From Octopus sinensis (taxonomy: Eukaryota), in contig NC_043001.1 in the NCBI RefSeq assembly GCF_006345805.1, positions 54,312,001 through 54,376,000 on the forward strand: a stretch of 64,000 nt of DNA, given 5' to 3'. Positions within the stretch are counted from its first letter, which is position 1. Each line of letters starts with the position of its first letter. Shown piece by piece: positions 12,696-24,094 of this stretch. The notes beneath the pieces were generated by a model. The model searched no databases, was not told the DNA's origin, and saw only the letters and a program-made list of their open reading frames with translations. The position numbers and the translations under genes were made by a program.

Positions 12696-13073
12696 AGGTG
12701 CAATGGCCCAGTGGTTAGGGCAGCGGACACGCGGTTGTAGGATCGCAGTTTCGATTCCTAGTCCGGGCGTTGTCGTTGTTTGTTGAGTGAAAACACCTAA
12801 AGCTCCACGAGGCTCCGGCAGGAGAGTGGGGGCGAACCCTGCTGTACTCTTTCACCACAATTTCTCTCAGTCTTTCTTCCTGTTTCTGCTGTACCTGTAT
12901 TTCAAAGGGCCAGTCCTGTCACACTCTGTGTCACGCTGATTCTCCCAGGGAACTACGTTAATGGTACACATGTCTGTGGAGTGCTCAACCACTTGCACGT
13001 TAATTTCACGAGCAGACTGTTCCGTTGATCTGATCAACTTGGACCCTCATCGTCGTAACCTACGGAGTACCAC
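12694..13073 (+). mobile_element. tRNA-derived SINE family C
   Basis: GGAGGTGCAATGGCCCAGTGGTTAGGG (A box) and GTTTCGATTCC (B box). Inverted copy at 53925-54232. Confidence 0.85.
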
Positions 13074-13210
13074 GTTATAAATATATACATATAACACAAT
13101 ATGTATATAAATATATAATATATATATATAAATATATAATTTATATATTATATATATAAAATATGTATATCATGTATTATACTGTGCTTATATACTTATA
13201 ATATGGTGTG

Positions 13211-13248
<38 letters not shown>

Positions 13249-14134
13249 ATACATACACAGATATGAAAGAGAAAGTGAGAGAATATGTGTGTGTGTAAGT
13301 GAGAGGGAGAGACGTAGACAGAAAAGGAATTGTGGGGTTTTGCGTGGGCAACAGAGAGCGAGCGAAAGAGTGAGAGGAGGAGAATTAGTTTTATACCTAA
13401 AGGAAATTAATGCTGAAATAGCTTTGGAACTAAAATAATTTCATTTATCCATATCTAACAAGTTTCAATTTGTATTTATCAAAAATATATTTCCAGCTTC
13501 AGAGTAATTAAGATGATAAAGATAGTCTCTAAACTTTTCAATTTGTAAATAATATTCATGTCTAGTCGTTAAAAGTTATATAACATTTAATTTTCTCAGA
13601 AATGTCTGAATCTGAGATATTACGTATTATCTTTCTTTACGGTAAACCAGCGTATGTCATATTTGATTTACCAACAGTTAAAATGTCTGACAGTAGGAAC
13701 TGCTTAGAGCACTCTTCATATATTTATTTTACATATTTCTTTTTTTATGGCTTGTATCTTCGACAGTTAAATGAATTTCTTTCTATCCATCAAATATTAT
13801 ACTTCCTGGGATGTTTAATTGTTCAACACTGAAAAGTTATGTCTACTGTTGGCTTTTGAAAGTAACTCCTTTATTTCTCATTTGTCTATCGTCTTTATTA
13901 TAGAAATGTTTGTAAGGTTGTATATTTTTCCTACTTCCTGCGCTGTTCAATTTAAACTTGATAATTGCATTTTTATGAATCTGATAAAAATCATTCAAGT
14001 TATAAACAGGTAATCTTCGTCCATCATTTTCTGTGTGAAAATATTATCACGTTATATTTTTTATTCCTTGTTTCACGTTGATCAAGATGAATCAACTGAA
14101 ATGAGTACCCCTGGTTCAGTACAGAAACATCTCA

Positions 14135-14203
<69 letters not shown>

Positions 14204-14217
14204 CTCTCTTTCTGTAT

Positions 14218-14255
<38 letters not shown>

Positions 14256-14259
14256 CGTA

Positions 14260-14340
<81 letters not shown>

Positions 14341-14342
14341 AT

Positions 14343-14546
14343 AGAGCACCACCAGCAAAAATATTTTTCCTCTGTCTTCCCTTCTTGGGATCTTTCCTTC
14401 TCCTTGTTTCCGACGAAGAGCTCCGCTCGAAACGTTAAACCCTCCTTCCCTTCTTTCCTGAGCGTCAAATAATACTTTAATTGTTCCACGTCCTGCGTTG
14501 CTGTGTTTTTTTCTCTTTTTTCTGTGTTTTCTTGTTTGGATTAACT
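14343..14546 (+). mobile_element. ~200-bp hammerhead-bearing mini-element in (TA)n (family shared with 27080-27272)
   Basis: High similarity to 27080-27272. Flanked by (TA)n on both sides. Confidence 0.75.
14406..14440 (+). ncRNA. Minimal type-I hammerhead ribozyme motif (CCGANGA core variant)
   Basis: GTTT-CCGACGA-A-GAGC(TCC)GCTC-GAAA-CG-TT-AAAC. Stem I GTTT/AAAC, stem II GAGC/GCTC, loop-less palindromic stem III ACGT. Confidence 0.65.
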
Positions 14547-14650
14547 ATATATATATATATATATATAGGTCCCGGGTTGATTCGGGGTTAACCACAGTAA
14601 ATAAGGTACTCAATACATAGCAGAGTAAAATTAATTTATTATATAGAAGG

Positions 14651-14701
14651 AGCTTCTACAGGACTAGAACTGTTTCATTCAAGAGAAATCTTCAGGAAGC
14701 T
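14651..14701 (-). ncRNA. Type-I hammerhead ribozyme motif (minus-strand arm)
   Basis: Exact reverse complement of 15441-15491. Confidence 0.75.
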
Positions 14702-15035
14702 AGTTAACAAGAATTGTATTGGCATTTATACATTTAGGCAGGTTTAAAGGGGTGTTGGTGGGGGACTTTTTGGGGGTAGGCATAGCGCAAAAAATCATAC
14801 TTGGGGGAGTGGTCAAGGAGTCAGTGTTAAATTAGATAGGAGAATAAATAAAAAATAAAAAATAAAAAATAAAAAATAAAAAATAAAAAATAACAAATAA
14901 AAAATATAAAATATAAAAAATAAAAAATAAAAAATAAAAAATAGAAAATAGAAAATAAAAAAATATAAAAAAATATGTAAAAAAATAAAAAAATAAAAAT
15001 AAAAATAAAAATAAAAATAATGAATATTTTTATAT

Positions 15036-15066
<31 letters not shown>

Positions 15067-15440
15067 TTTTTTTATTTATTTATTTATTTATTTATTTTTA
15101 TTTATATTTTTATTTATTTTTTATTTATTTTTTTATTTTTTATTTTTTATTTTTTATTTTTTATTTTTTATTTTTTTACATATTTTTTTATATTTTTTTA
15201 TTTTCTATTTTCTATTTTTATTTTTTATTTTTTATTCTTTATATTTTATATTTTTTTATTTTTTATTTTTTATTTTTTATTTTTTATTTTTTATTTATTC
15301 TCCTATCTAATTTAACACTGACTCCTTGACCACTCCCCCAAGTATGATTTTTTGCGCTATGCCTACCCCCAAAAAGTCCCCCACCAACACCCCTTTAAAC
15401 CTGCCTAAATGTATAAATGCCAATACAATTCTTGTTAACT

Positions 15441-15491
15441 AGCTTCCTGAAGATTTCTCTTGAATGAAACAGTTCTAGTCCTGTAGAAGCT
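15441..15491 (+). ncRNA. Type-I hammerhead ribozyme motif
   Basis: AGCTTC-CTGAAGA-tTTC(tctt)GAAt-GAAA-CAG(ttctagtc)CTG-TA-GAAGCT. 6-bp stem I, GUA cleavage triplet. Confidence 0.75.
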
Positions 15492-15751
15492 CCTTCTATA
15501 TAATAAATAAATATATATATATATATATATATTATCAGAAATTCGTCTGACGAAGGTAGCATTAACTTTTAGATCGTTCAATTTTTGTCAACCGGTCAAT
15601 TAATCGACTGAATAAACTTATCAATAACGAACCTATAATTATTACTGGAAACATCTGTGAGTCAAATTTTACTGCAATAAAGAAAAATATGTAGTAATGA
15701 CCATTATTTATACCTTGTCATATACACACACACACGCACGCACACAAGCAC

Positions 15752-15809
<58 letters not shown>

Positions 15810-15810
<1 letters not shown>

Positions 15811-15963
15811 AAGTAATCCCTCGCCATATCGCGGTTCATCTACTGTGCATTCAGTACATCGCGGGTTTCTGCGGCCGATAGGTATTTATATTTTTTTAGA
15901 TTTTAGTTATTTCTGCAGGAGGTTTTGGAACGTAACACCCACGATAGTCGAGGGATTTCTGTA
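15810..15963. mobile_element. Tc1/pogo-type MITE (related copy at 32685-32908, opposite orientation)
   Basis: Terminal inverted AGTAATCCCTCG / CGAGGGATTTCTG-TA. TTTTGGAACGTAACACCCACG is shared with 32704-32725 on the opposite strand. Confidence 0.7.
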
Positions 15964-15965
15964 TG

Positions 15966-16062
<97 letters not shown>

Positions 16063-17479
16063 AGAGAGAGAGAGATAGAGATAACAAATTATAGAAACGG
16101 AAAATGGAATACACGGGAAATTTTATTACTCATAACGATTGTTTCGACACATGACACATACTGTATCGATCCATCGTGGGAGGAAAACTCTATAACTAGC
16201 TGTAGTGCATCCCTCGGTTCAGAAGTGTCAAGTCAGGTGACGTAATAAGAGGTATCTCATTAAATGAACTCTATTTCACTCGGATTTAATACAGCATGTT
16301 GTTAGTATCGCAAATTATGCCTCGTAAACATGGACTCTAAAATTGGAAGATATATGCAGATTGGAATTTTTTAAGCATAGATTCTACAGTCTATTCTATA
16401 TATATCGTGATGAGACCTGTTTAATGTTTGCCATATTTGAATTAAAACATATGCTCTTGATTTAAACAATTTAAATATTAGCGCAAGTGAATGTGAAGTT
16501 GTTTAATTGGTTTGTCCTACGCTAAGTAAATCTCATGCTTTTGTAGGTACTCCGTATTCTGTGAGATCGATGTAGCTAAAGTTAAGTTGATAACTATAGT
16601 GGGAATGCCAGTGGTCGATGTCTTAAGGAAGAAGAACTAAAACATTTTCACTCTTTCTGTTGATTTAATCCAAAGAACACGTCAATCACCCAAAAATATT
16701 TCCAAGTATTATTCAGTATGGCTCGAAAATTCTATCAAATATTTTGTCACATTTGGTTGTGAAATTTCTTCAAGAGTCAGAAATAGCTGTTGACCAAAAT
16801 ATCTATTGATCTGTACGATTATCGAGTTTGTGCTTCATTTACTTTTAGATTAGTTAGAAAATATATCTGTCCAATTGCTTCTTATCATAGACTATAGTAA
16901 TGTTGGAATATAGATGGGTGACATAAAAGAGACTAAAACTGATGCTTTTCCTGTTACGTTTCATAAATTATTCAGAAAGTCGTTAACATCTTTAATATAA
17001 TAAAACTCAAAGTCAAAACGTTGGTAAATCTATGGCGGTTTTGAACGACTATAAAAATAAGTTTTAAATAATTTTTTTCTGTCTCAATTTAGTGGCTGGT
17101 GCAGCCTTTTAGTATTTATTTATGCTAATTTTGTTTGATTTTCATGAAATTTTCATTCAATAGACACTTTTTTTATCGAAATAGCTCAGCTATTTATCGT
17201 TTAGTGGCTCCATTTACTTTTAAAATTTCCATAGATCTATATTCTTTTATTCTTTTACAGATCCATACTGGAGTACTGATTTCAAGAATTTTACTCAGTC
17301 ATATCGACCCCAGTTGATACTTATTTTGCCTATTTCATAAAATATACCCGTAAATTTGATCTGGGTGTGATGGGCGTATAGGAAACTGAATACAAGGTAT
17401 TGTTTGCTAGATACACAAATTTTGAAAGGCTTGCTTATATATACAAAACATCACACATACGAATACACACACATGTATA

Positions 17480-18620
17480 TACCACGTTACAACAAAGTTT
17501 ATTTATTATAATTTAGGAAGCTCATTACAGCATTTTCGATCCGCTTTGATGTTGGAAATATTGATTTAGAAGTTTCACAGTAGTAACCGAAAATGTAACA
17601 GGGTGGACTCTGAAACAAAAACAATACAATACTTTTACATTCTCATCATGTATTAACTATTAAGTTTTAAAAGTCTACTTTGTTTAAACCTTAAAATGGG
17701 AATTAGAGTGTCGAAGATGGACTATAAATGTACCAAATTAATACACTTGTAATTTAAACAAAAATTTGTCTAAAGGTAAACGTAAACGTTTAAAAAGAAG
17801 AAAATATGAGAATAATTATGTGCACGATAATTGTAGCGATCAAATCAACAGGATTGGAGATATGTATCCGGTAAAGTGTGGCTCTAGGTAATATATAAAA
17901 ACGGTTATAACGGCTATACCAATTAAGGTTAAATTTAAATGTGGGAGAAATTAATACACGTTAGGAGAAAAAGATTGACAACAGAGTTGCCATGATGGCA
18001 AAATATTGTATGACTATGGAAAATAATTGAAAAAATAAAGTGAACAGGTGTCTACTTTTGCACTCTGAAGATATATGGATGATGTATTTTGTTCCTTCCT
18101 AGGCCTCTCTTTCTCCCTCTTTCATATATTCACATTCACAAATTTTAAGTATTTAGATTAAATTGACTACACTTGTCTATCACATATAGCACCCGGACCA
18201 ATCGACAAGAACATCTCTTTACAAAATATAACTTCTTTTTCTTATAGTCCTCTAACAGACCGCCATGTCCGATATAAACATTTTAACAATAAATCCAATA
18301 TGATAAATTGAAACCTCAATTTCTCTTTTACCGACTAATTCATTCTTTTGTTAAATTTATAACTAACCTTTAAAGAAACGAACTGAGAAAGATATGTAGC
18401 TTATAGCGTACAATATGTTACAAATGGTGGCCATCAACCAATATATGTGTAACTTGAGGCCCCCGCATTTTATACACTGCAATTATATTATCGCAACGAA
18501 ATCCTGCGCTTACAAACTAGTTATGTGCCCTTACGGACTGCATGACGTCCAGGGGTGCAGAATCGGCCTCCTCTACATTTCCATTTCGAACGGATACCAG
18601 TGTATATGGATCCTATAGAT
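17480..18620 (-). mobile_element. Highly decayed PLE GIY-YIG 3' remnant
   Basis: Frame-broken II*LQCIKCGG..TYIG (~18435-18490) and FDTLIP..GLN (~17682-17716) on the minus strand. Confidence 0.4.
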
Positions 18621-19241
18621 ACTTTACACATGTCTTTAAAATTTTAATTTCAGCACAATTTCCTAATTAGTAGCAATGGACTATGTACTTTGGACAGTTT
18701 GTCTTCCTCCTCTTCCGCATTTTTATGCTATAAACACTGTTCTATATTACTCTATCCGCCAGAGTGTTCTGAAAATGGTAACATGATTTCGTTTCACAGA
18801 TTTCTCAAAATCTACACAATTTTACTGAACCTTTATTACACGTTCAGTATTGTTGGTCCTTATAACATATCAATGGTTATGGCACAAGTCAGTCTTTTTG
18901 TAAAACACTTATAAACATGAGGATTGATTACATCATTCATGTATTTATGTATTCGTATACACAAATTTCCATGTAATACAATCCTAACACCTACTTTTGT
19001 CTATCTGCCTCTTTTCTTTCAGTATCCACTCAACGAATATCGTCCTTATGACCGTCTTGTTACACTGAAGCTAGCTGCGCTGCATGAAGGAGCTGGAGTT
19101 TAAGTTTCGGATTTATCTGAGCACTACTTTGAGACTACCTATACTATGTTTGCTTCTACACTTTTCAACGTACACTTAAACTTTATAAGTATGTGTGCAT
19201 TATATATATTTTTACACACACACACGCACGCACACACACAC

Positions 19242-19323
<82 letters not shown>

Positions 19324-19849
19324 TTTACCAGATATTTTGGACTTTGTGACCAGATCAATAATCCACTTCTATATACTCTTGAAACGTTATAACCATATTA
19401 TCCAAGCAGGAATAGGCAAGATTTTTATTACTATGAGTCGTATGATATTAGAATATTCACAAAAGCAATTACTGAAGTTTCGAATGCATTTACTTCGTAC
19501 GTTCCAAGTGGTTACGCAACACATTCTTAAGCACAGACCACTCTCTTGAGATAGGGAAATGAGAAAGAGAAAAGAACAAAGCCTGAATACACAGACACAG
19601 TAAAAAAAAATCAGTCTGATCGAAATAAAGAATGACTTAACTCAATTTATCCAATATCATGGGTGCATAAAATTAGTACCAAAAAAATGATGTTCAGAGA
19701 TGTTCAGAGAAAACAATATGAATAGGAACAAATGTGCATCCAAAAGTGTATAAAGGAAAATATATACAGTAAAAACGTAGTGAGAAATCATTCGAAATAA
19801 GACAGGCTGGGTTCAATTGCTAAATATACTTGTGTAGAGGAAAATGTAT

Positions 19850-20084
19850 CTTCTTTTTTTTTTCTTTTATTTGTTTCAGTCATTTGACTGCAGCCACGCT
19901 GGAGCACCGCCTTTGATCGAGCAAATCGACCCCAGAACGTATTCTATCGGTCTCTTTTGCCGAACCGCTAAGTTATGGGGAAGTAAACACACCAGCATCG
20001 GTTGTCAAACGATGTTGGGAGGGATAAACAGACACACAAACATATACATACATACACATACACACATATAATATAAATATACAT

Positions 20085-20140
<56 letters not shown>

Positions 20141-20325
20141 ATATATTATATATATATATACGACGGGCTTCTTTCAGTTCCCGTCTACCAAATCCACTGA
20201 CAAGGCTTTGGTCGGCCCGAGGCTATAGTAGAAGACACTTGCCCAAGGTGCCATGCAATGGGACTGAACCCAGAACCATGTGCTTGGTAAGCAAGCTACC
20301 TACCACACAGCCACTCCTGCGCCTA
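19850..20325 (-). mobile_element. SINE family B with expanded internal (TA)n
   Basis: Reverse complement of the 12232 family; head AGGCGCAGGAGTGGCTGTGTGGTAGG. Confidence 0.85.
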
Positions 20326-20675
20326 TCTATATACACATACACACTCATACAAAGGATTGTTTCAACGAAGTCGCGTCTTGTCCTTGCCTTCGAACGTTGA
20401 GTAGATGAAACAGGGACAACTGAAGAAGGGAAATATTCTTTATGTCGTATGTTTCTCTGTTTGTTTGTTTTTTCTTTGTCCGAAAAAAGTTAGTTTCTGT
20501 GTTTTTGTTTTTATGTTTTCGTTTCTCTTTGTGTTCAACGTTTTTTTTTATCTCCTGTACCCATATACGCGTATATATATATACATATATATGTAAGTAT
20601 GTACATATATGTATGTATATATGCATATATTCATATATCATTTATATTATCACGTGTATAAATATACGCCTACGT

Positions 20676-20753
<78 letters not shown>

Positions 20754-20780
20754 GACAGACAGACAGACAGACAGACAGAG

Positions 20781-21080
20781 AATTATGGAAAAAATTACTT
20801 TAATGATTTTATCAAGTGGTCAGCGTGAAATAAAAACCTTGTAGGTAATATTATATACTAAATTTATAATTATATACATAATTATATTAAAGAGAACGGA
20901 TTACCCACTCTCACACGTTCAATATAGATGTCAATTGGCTCTAAAAAAAACACCTTACTACTCTTTCAGCACAGGGTGAAAACAGGCCAAAGAAGAAGAA
21001 TAAATAAAATTTTTAGGTTAATTGTGCTTCGAACGATTTCAAGCTAAATGCTATGAAAAACATCCTGCTATCAACAGCAC
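20781..21080 (-). repeat. Old diverged relative of the 555-bp hammerhead repeat unit
   Basis: AATTATGGAAAAAATTACTTTAATGATTTTATCAAGTGGTCAGCGTG...ACCTTGTAGG resembles the unit start AATTGAGGGTAAAATTAATT...AATCAGTTTCACCAAGTGTTCAGTATG...ACCATTATAGG. Confidence 0.45.
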
Positions 21081-21335
21081 AATATATCTAAGCATATTCA
21101 TACAAATATTTATACATACCCATACGAACACCAGAGCCGCACGACCATATACATACATTTGCACGTATACACTAGAAAATGACTATATATATATATATAT
21201 AATATATATATATATATATACATCCAAAAGCATACAGACTTACATAGAGACGAATATATACATACATGTACACATATAATGCGTTACTGATGAAATGAAA
21301 TAAAAATAAAGCAAATATATCCAATAAATAATAAT

Positions 21336-21534
21336 AGTTTCAAATTTTGACACAAGATCAGCTATTTCGCGGGGAGGTAGTCGATTACAGCGACCCCAGT
21401 GCTCAACTGGTACTTTTTTTATAGACTCCGAAAGAATAAAAGGCAAAAACGGCCTGGGCTGAATTTGAATTCAACGGACGAAATGCCGCTAAGCATTGTG
21501 CGCAGCATGCTAATGATTCTACCATCTCGCCATC
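21336..21534 (-). mobile_element. SINE family A, diverged
   Basis: CGACCCCAGTGCTCAACTGGTACTT...AAGGCAAAA...GAATTTGAATTCA...GCTAAGCATT core. Confidence 0.75.
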
Positions 21535-21770
21535 TTATTAATAATTATTATTATTTCTCTTTTTTGCAGGTTTTGTTGGAGCTCCTGGAGCCTTATATGC
21601 GTAGCAGTCTTACAACCTGCAGCCTACGGTACCATCCTAGCCATTCTTTTCAGTTACCTAATACTTCCCTAATTATTCTGGCCGTGCCAAGGAAGCAAAC
21701 CTTTTGTAACAGTTCTACTGAGCACTCTATTCCAATTTACTTTATATTCCCCTTGATGACTTCTTTACTT
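21535..21770 (-). mobile_element. R4/Dong-type LINE 3' end with (AAT)n tail
   Basis: Minus strand GIECSVELLQKVCFLGTARIIREVLGN*, the typical RLE-clade C-terminus, followed by a short UTR and AATAATAAT tail. Confidence 0.75.
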
Positions 21771-22168
21771 TCCATAATTGTTAACTACCCTTTTGTTCTT
21801 ATTGCTCTTGCCTGGTCGGCTAACCGTTGCACACTTATTTCGAAGTCCTATTTTATTCCATTTTGCTTTCATTCGTTGCCGGAATCCCGTTCTACTGGGT
21901 TCACTCCTAATCCAGCATTCAATTACTGTTCGGTTTGCCTCCTTATCCTACTTGTATTAGAGTTGGGTTGAAACCAGCTTTTTTTGTTTTTTTGCTATAC
22001 ATTTTTGCGAAACTCGTTGCAGGCCTTTTCCCCGAGCATTTGAAATAATTTCTGTGTAAATGAAGTCTCATTTTGAAACTGCTGTTTGTAAGTTTTGTAT
22101 GTAGGAATCTTATCTCTCTGTCTCTTAGCCTTGTATTCAACCCCTTTAGTCGAGAAATTATCATTTAA

Positions 22169-22625
22169 AGGGCAAAGCTAATGCAGTTTCGCACCTCTCC
22201 TTGAAAAATGCATTTTTTTTTTAACACTTTTTTCGGGTTCCTACGTTTTAGATGTTGCAGATTACGAATATGCAAAAAAATTGCTTAAAATTTGTGTTTC
22301 TCATAAAATAGTGTATATTTAATTTACATTAAATTATTATTTACGATTATTTAAGGCAAACACAAGTAAAACGGAAATTCTTTTCACTTTCATGTTTTTG
22401 TCTGTATTTAATTTCAATTTGCATATGTTCGTCAATTCGCTACGATCTCTTTAAAGTAAACAAAATCAAAAATTTAAATTGGTAGGGGGGAGTGGTTGGG
22501 GGTTGAAATTTTAAAAAATTTCTTTTTTGCATATTCTTAGTCTCTGACATCTAAAACGTAGGATCGGAAATTTTTTTTCAAAAAAATGCATTTTTCAAGT
22601 AGAGGTGCGAAACAGCATTAGCCCC
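22169..22625. mobile_element. MITE with ~130-bp imperfect TIRs (TTAA-AGGG left end, possibly Kolobok-like)
   Basis: GCTAATGCAGTTTCGCACCTCTCCTTGAAAAATGCATTTTTT versus AAAAAATGCATTTTTCAAGTAGAGGTGCGAAACAGCATTAGC; also CCTACGTTTTAGATGT versus ACATCTAAAACGTAGG. Confidence 0.75.
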
Positions 22626-22760
22626 GTTTTTGAAATTACATTTAGGTCCGCAGGATACTAACATTATGCAAGTTAATGAACACGACGAAGTTTTTACTAG
22701 AATATTTATATATATTTATATATATTAGAATATTTATGTGTGTGTGTGTGTGTGTGTGTG

Positions 22761-22802
<42 letters not shown>

Positions 22803-22814
22803 ATATGTATGTGT

Positions 22815-23190
22815 GTAAGGAGAAAAACAATTATTTTAAAATCTATAAGCGAGAAATAATTAGTAACAGTACTACAGCGTAAAGTCTAATTGCCAACGTA
22901 AAGCAGCAGACCTGCTAGAACTATGTTGCAACTTTTTTTAGCCCCAGTAAAACATTTTTTCCTATCGGCTATCGACGCTCAACTGCGTCCTTATACCTCG
23001 AACAAGGGGGCTAATGTTCCCACTCAGCCTTAAACGGTACCTGCGGACGAATAGTTTCTCTGTTATTTCTCTTCATCGGCACAGGATAACCGTTGGCTAG
23101 AGGTGGCAGCATTAGGCCTTGCTCGAGTAACGCACACAGATCTCGTAAGGAGAAAAACAATTAGCTTTAAATCTCTGAGCGACAAATATA
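22815..23190 (-). mobile_element. Partial-tandem mini-element (330-bp unit plus ~45-bp terminal direct repeat) with decayed hammerhead at 23040-23085
   Basis: GTAAGGAGAAAAACAATTA..TT.AA.TCT.T.AGCGA.AAATA at 22815 and 23145. Minus strand CCTGTG-CCGATGA-...-GAAA-CTATTCG-TC-CGCAGG; stem II is unpaired. Confidence 0.6.
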
Positions 23191-24057
23191 TATATATATA
23201 TATATACTCATGTGTATATATATATATATATATGTGCGCGTGTATGTGCATGTATATGTGTGTGTGTGTGCCTGTGTGTGTGTGCGCGGGGATAATTCTA
23301 AAATCCATTATTTAGTAGAAGCTGAATTTACATGTGTCGCTTCTCGGATTTCTCATTCCCGTTCTTTGGGAGACAGTTTGATTGAGTGATTTCGCTCAGC
23401 TGCCACTTCAAATAACCTACATGTGTCCTATCGGATATACATAACCAAGTAGAGGAAAACATGACAAAGATAAACAAGCAGAAACTGAAAATGAAAGTGG
23501 AGCAAAACTTAACATAGAAGGAAAACGATAATGTCGACACCTTCTACCACATCAGTTTCTTTCCCTTTTCTTTCGCTACCGTTTACTCGACCTTCTTGTT
23601 TTCCCCTTGGTTAGTTTTATTCTTTTTCATGCTCGATTTCTGTGCTTCTGTCTACTCACTCAGGCTTTCCCACATGACGGTCCGTAGAAGGTTCAAACTA
23701 TACAAGATTAGTCGACTGCAGATCGGGAACTAGAAGCACACCTGAGTATTGACTCCTGCAGACTCATCTTTGAATAAATATACTATTCCACTCTGTTTAA
23801 ACTTATAGATTGGTTATATAATAAGAAGGCGATGGAATAGTTGTGTAATTCTGGTATTCCGGCAAGAATACCAGTATTTGGTATTTCCAAAACTTAGAGC
23901 TTATTGTTGACAACTTAAGATATTGAACCCTCACATTCTTCATGATAGAATTACTATTCGCACCAGTGAAGGGCAGATCGTCCAATCAAAAGATATGACC
24001 GAAGTACGCATGGCAAGAAACATCCAGTTTCTTTGAGAGGACCGAGCAACTAAAAAG

Positions 24058-24090
<33 letters not shown>

Positions 24091-24094
<4 letters not shown>

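Larger units (their letters stand above)
14547..15510 (-). mobile_element. Fold-back hammerhead element (inverted PLE pseudo-LTR-like) with one-sided tail
   Basis: 14634-14845 is an essentially perfect inverted repeat of 15296-15508. The centre is (AAAATA)n then (TATTTT)n. Unique tail at 14547-14633; (TA)n flanks. Confidence 0.85.

Noticed and set aside
12694-12770. tRNA gene calls at SINE heads (also 12232, 54160-54232, 55110-55171)
   Set aside because: A/B boxes are present, but I could not build a complete cloverleaf, and each continues into a repeated SINE body.
13600-13641. Possible small host exon (TTTTCTCAG...G/GTAAAC); similar AG/GT pairs near 560 and 16548
   Set aside because: Splice-like dinucleotides are common in AT-rich DNA. 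There is no recognisable protein and no consistent exon chain; RNA-seq would be needed.
23290-24060. Moderately GC-richer block that might be an LTR-element fragment
   Set aside because: No paired LTR, primer-binding site or gag/pol motif recognised.
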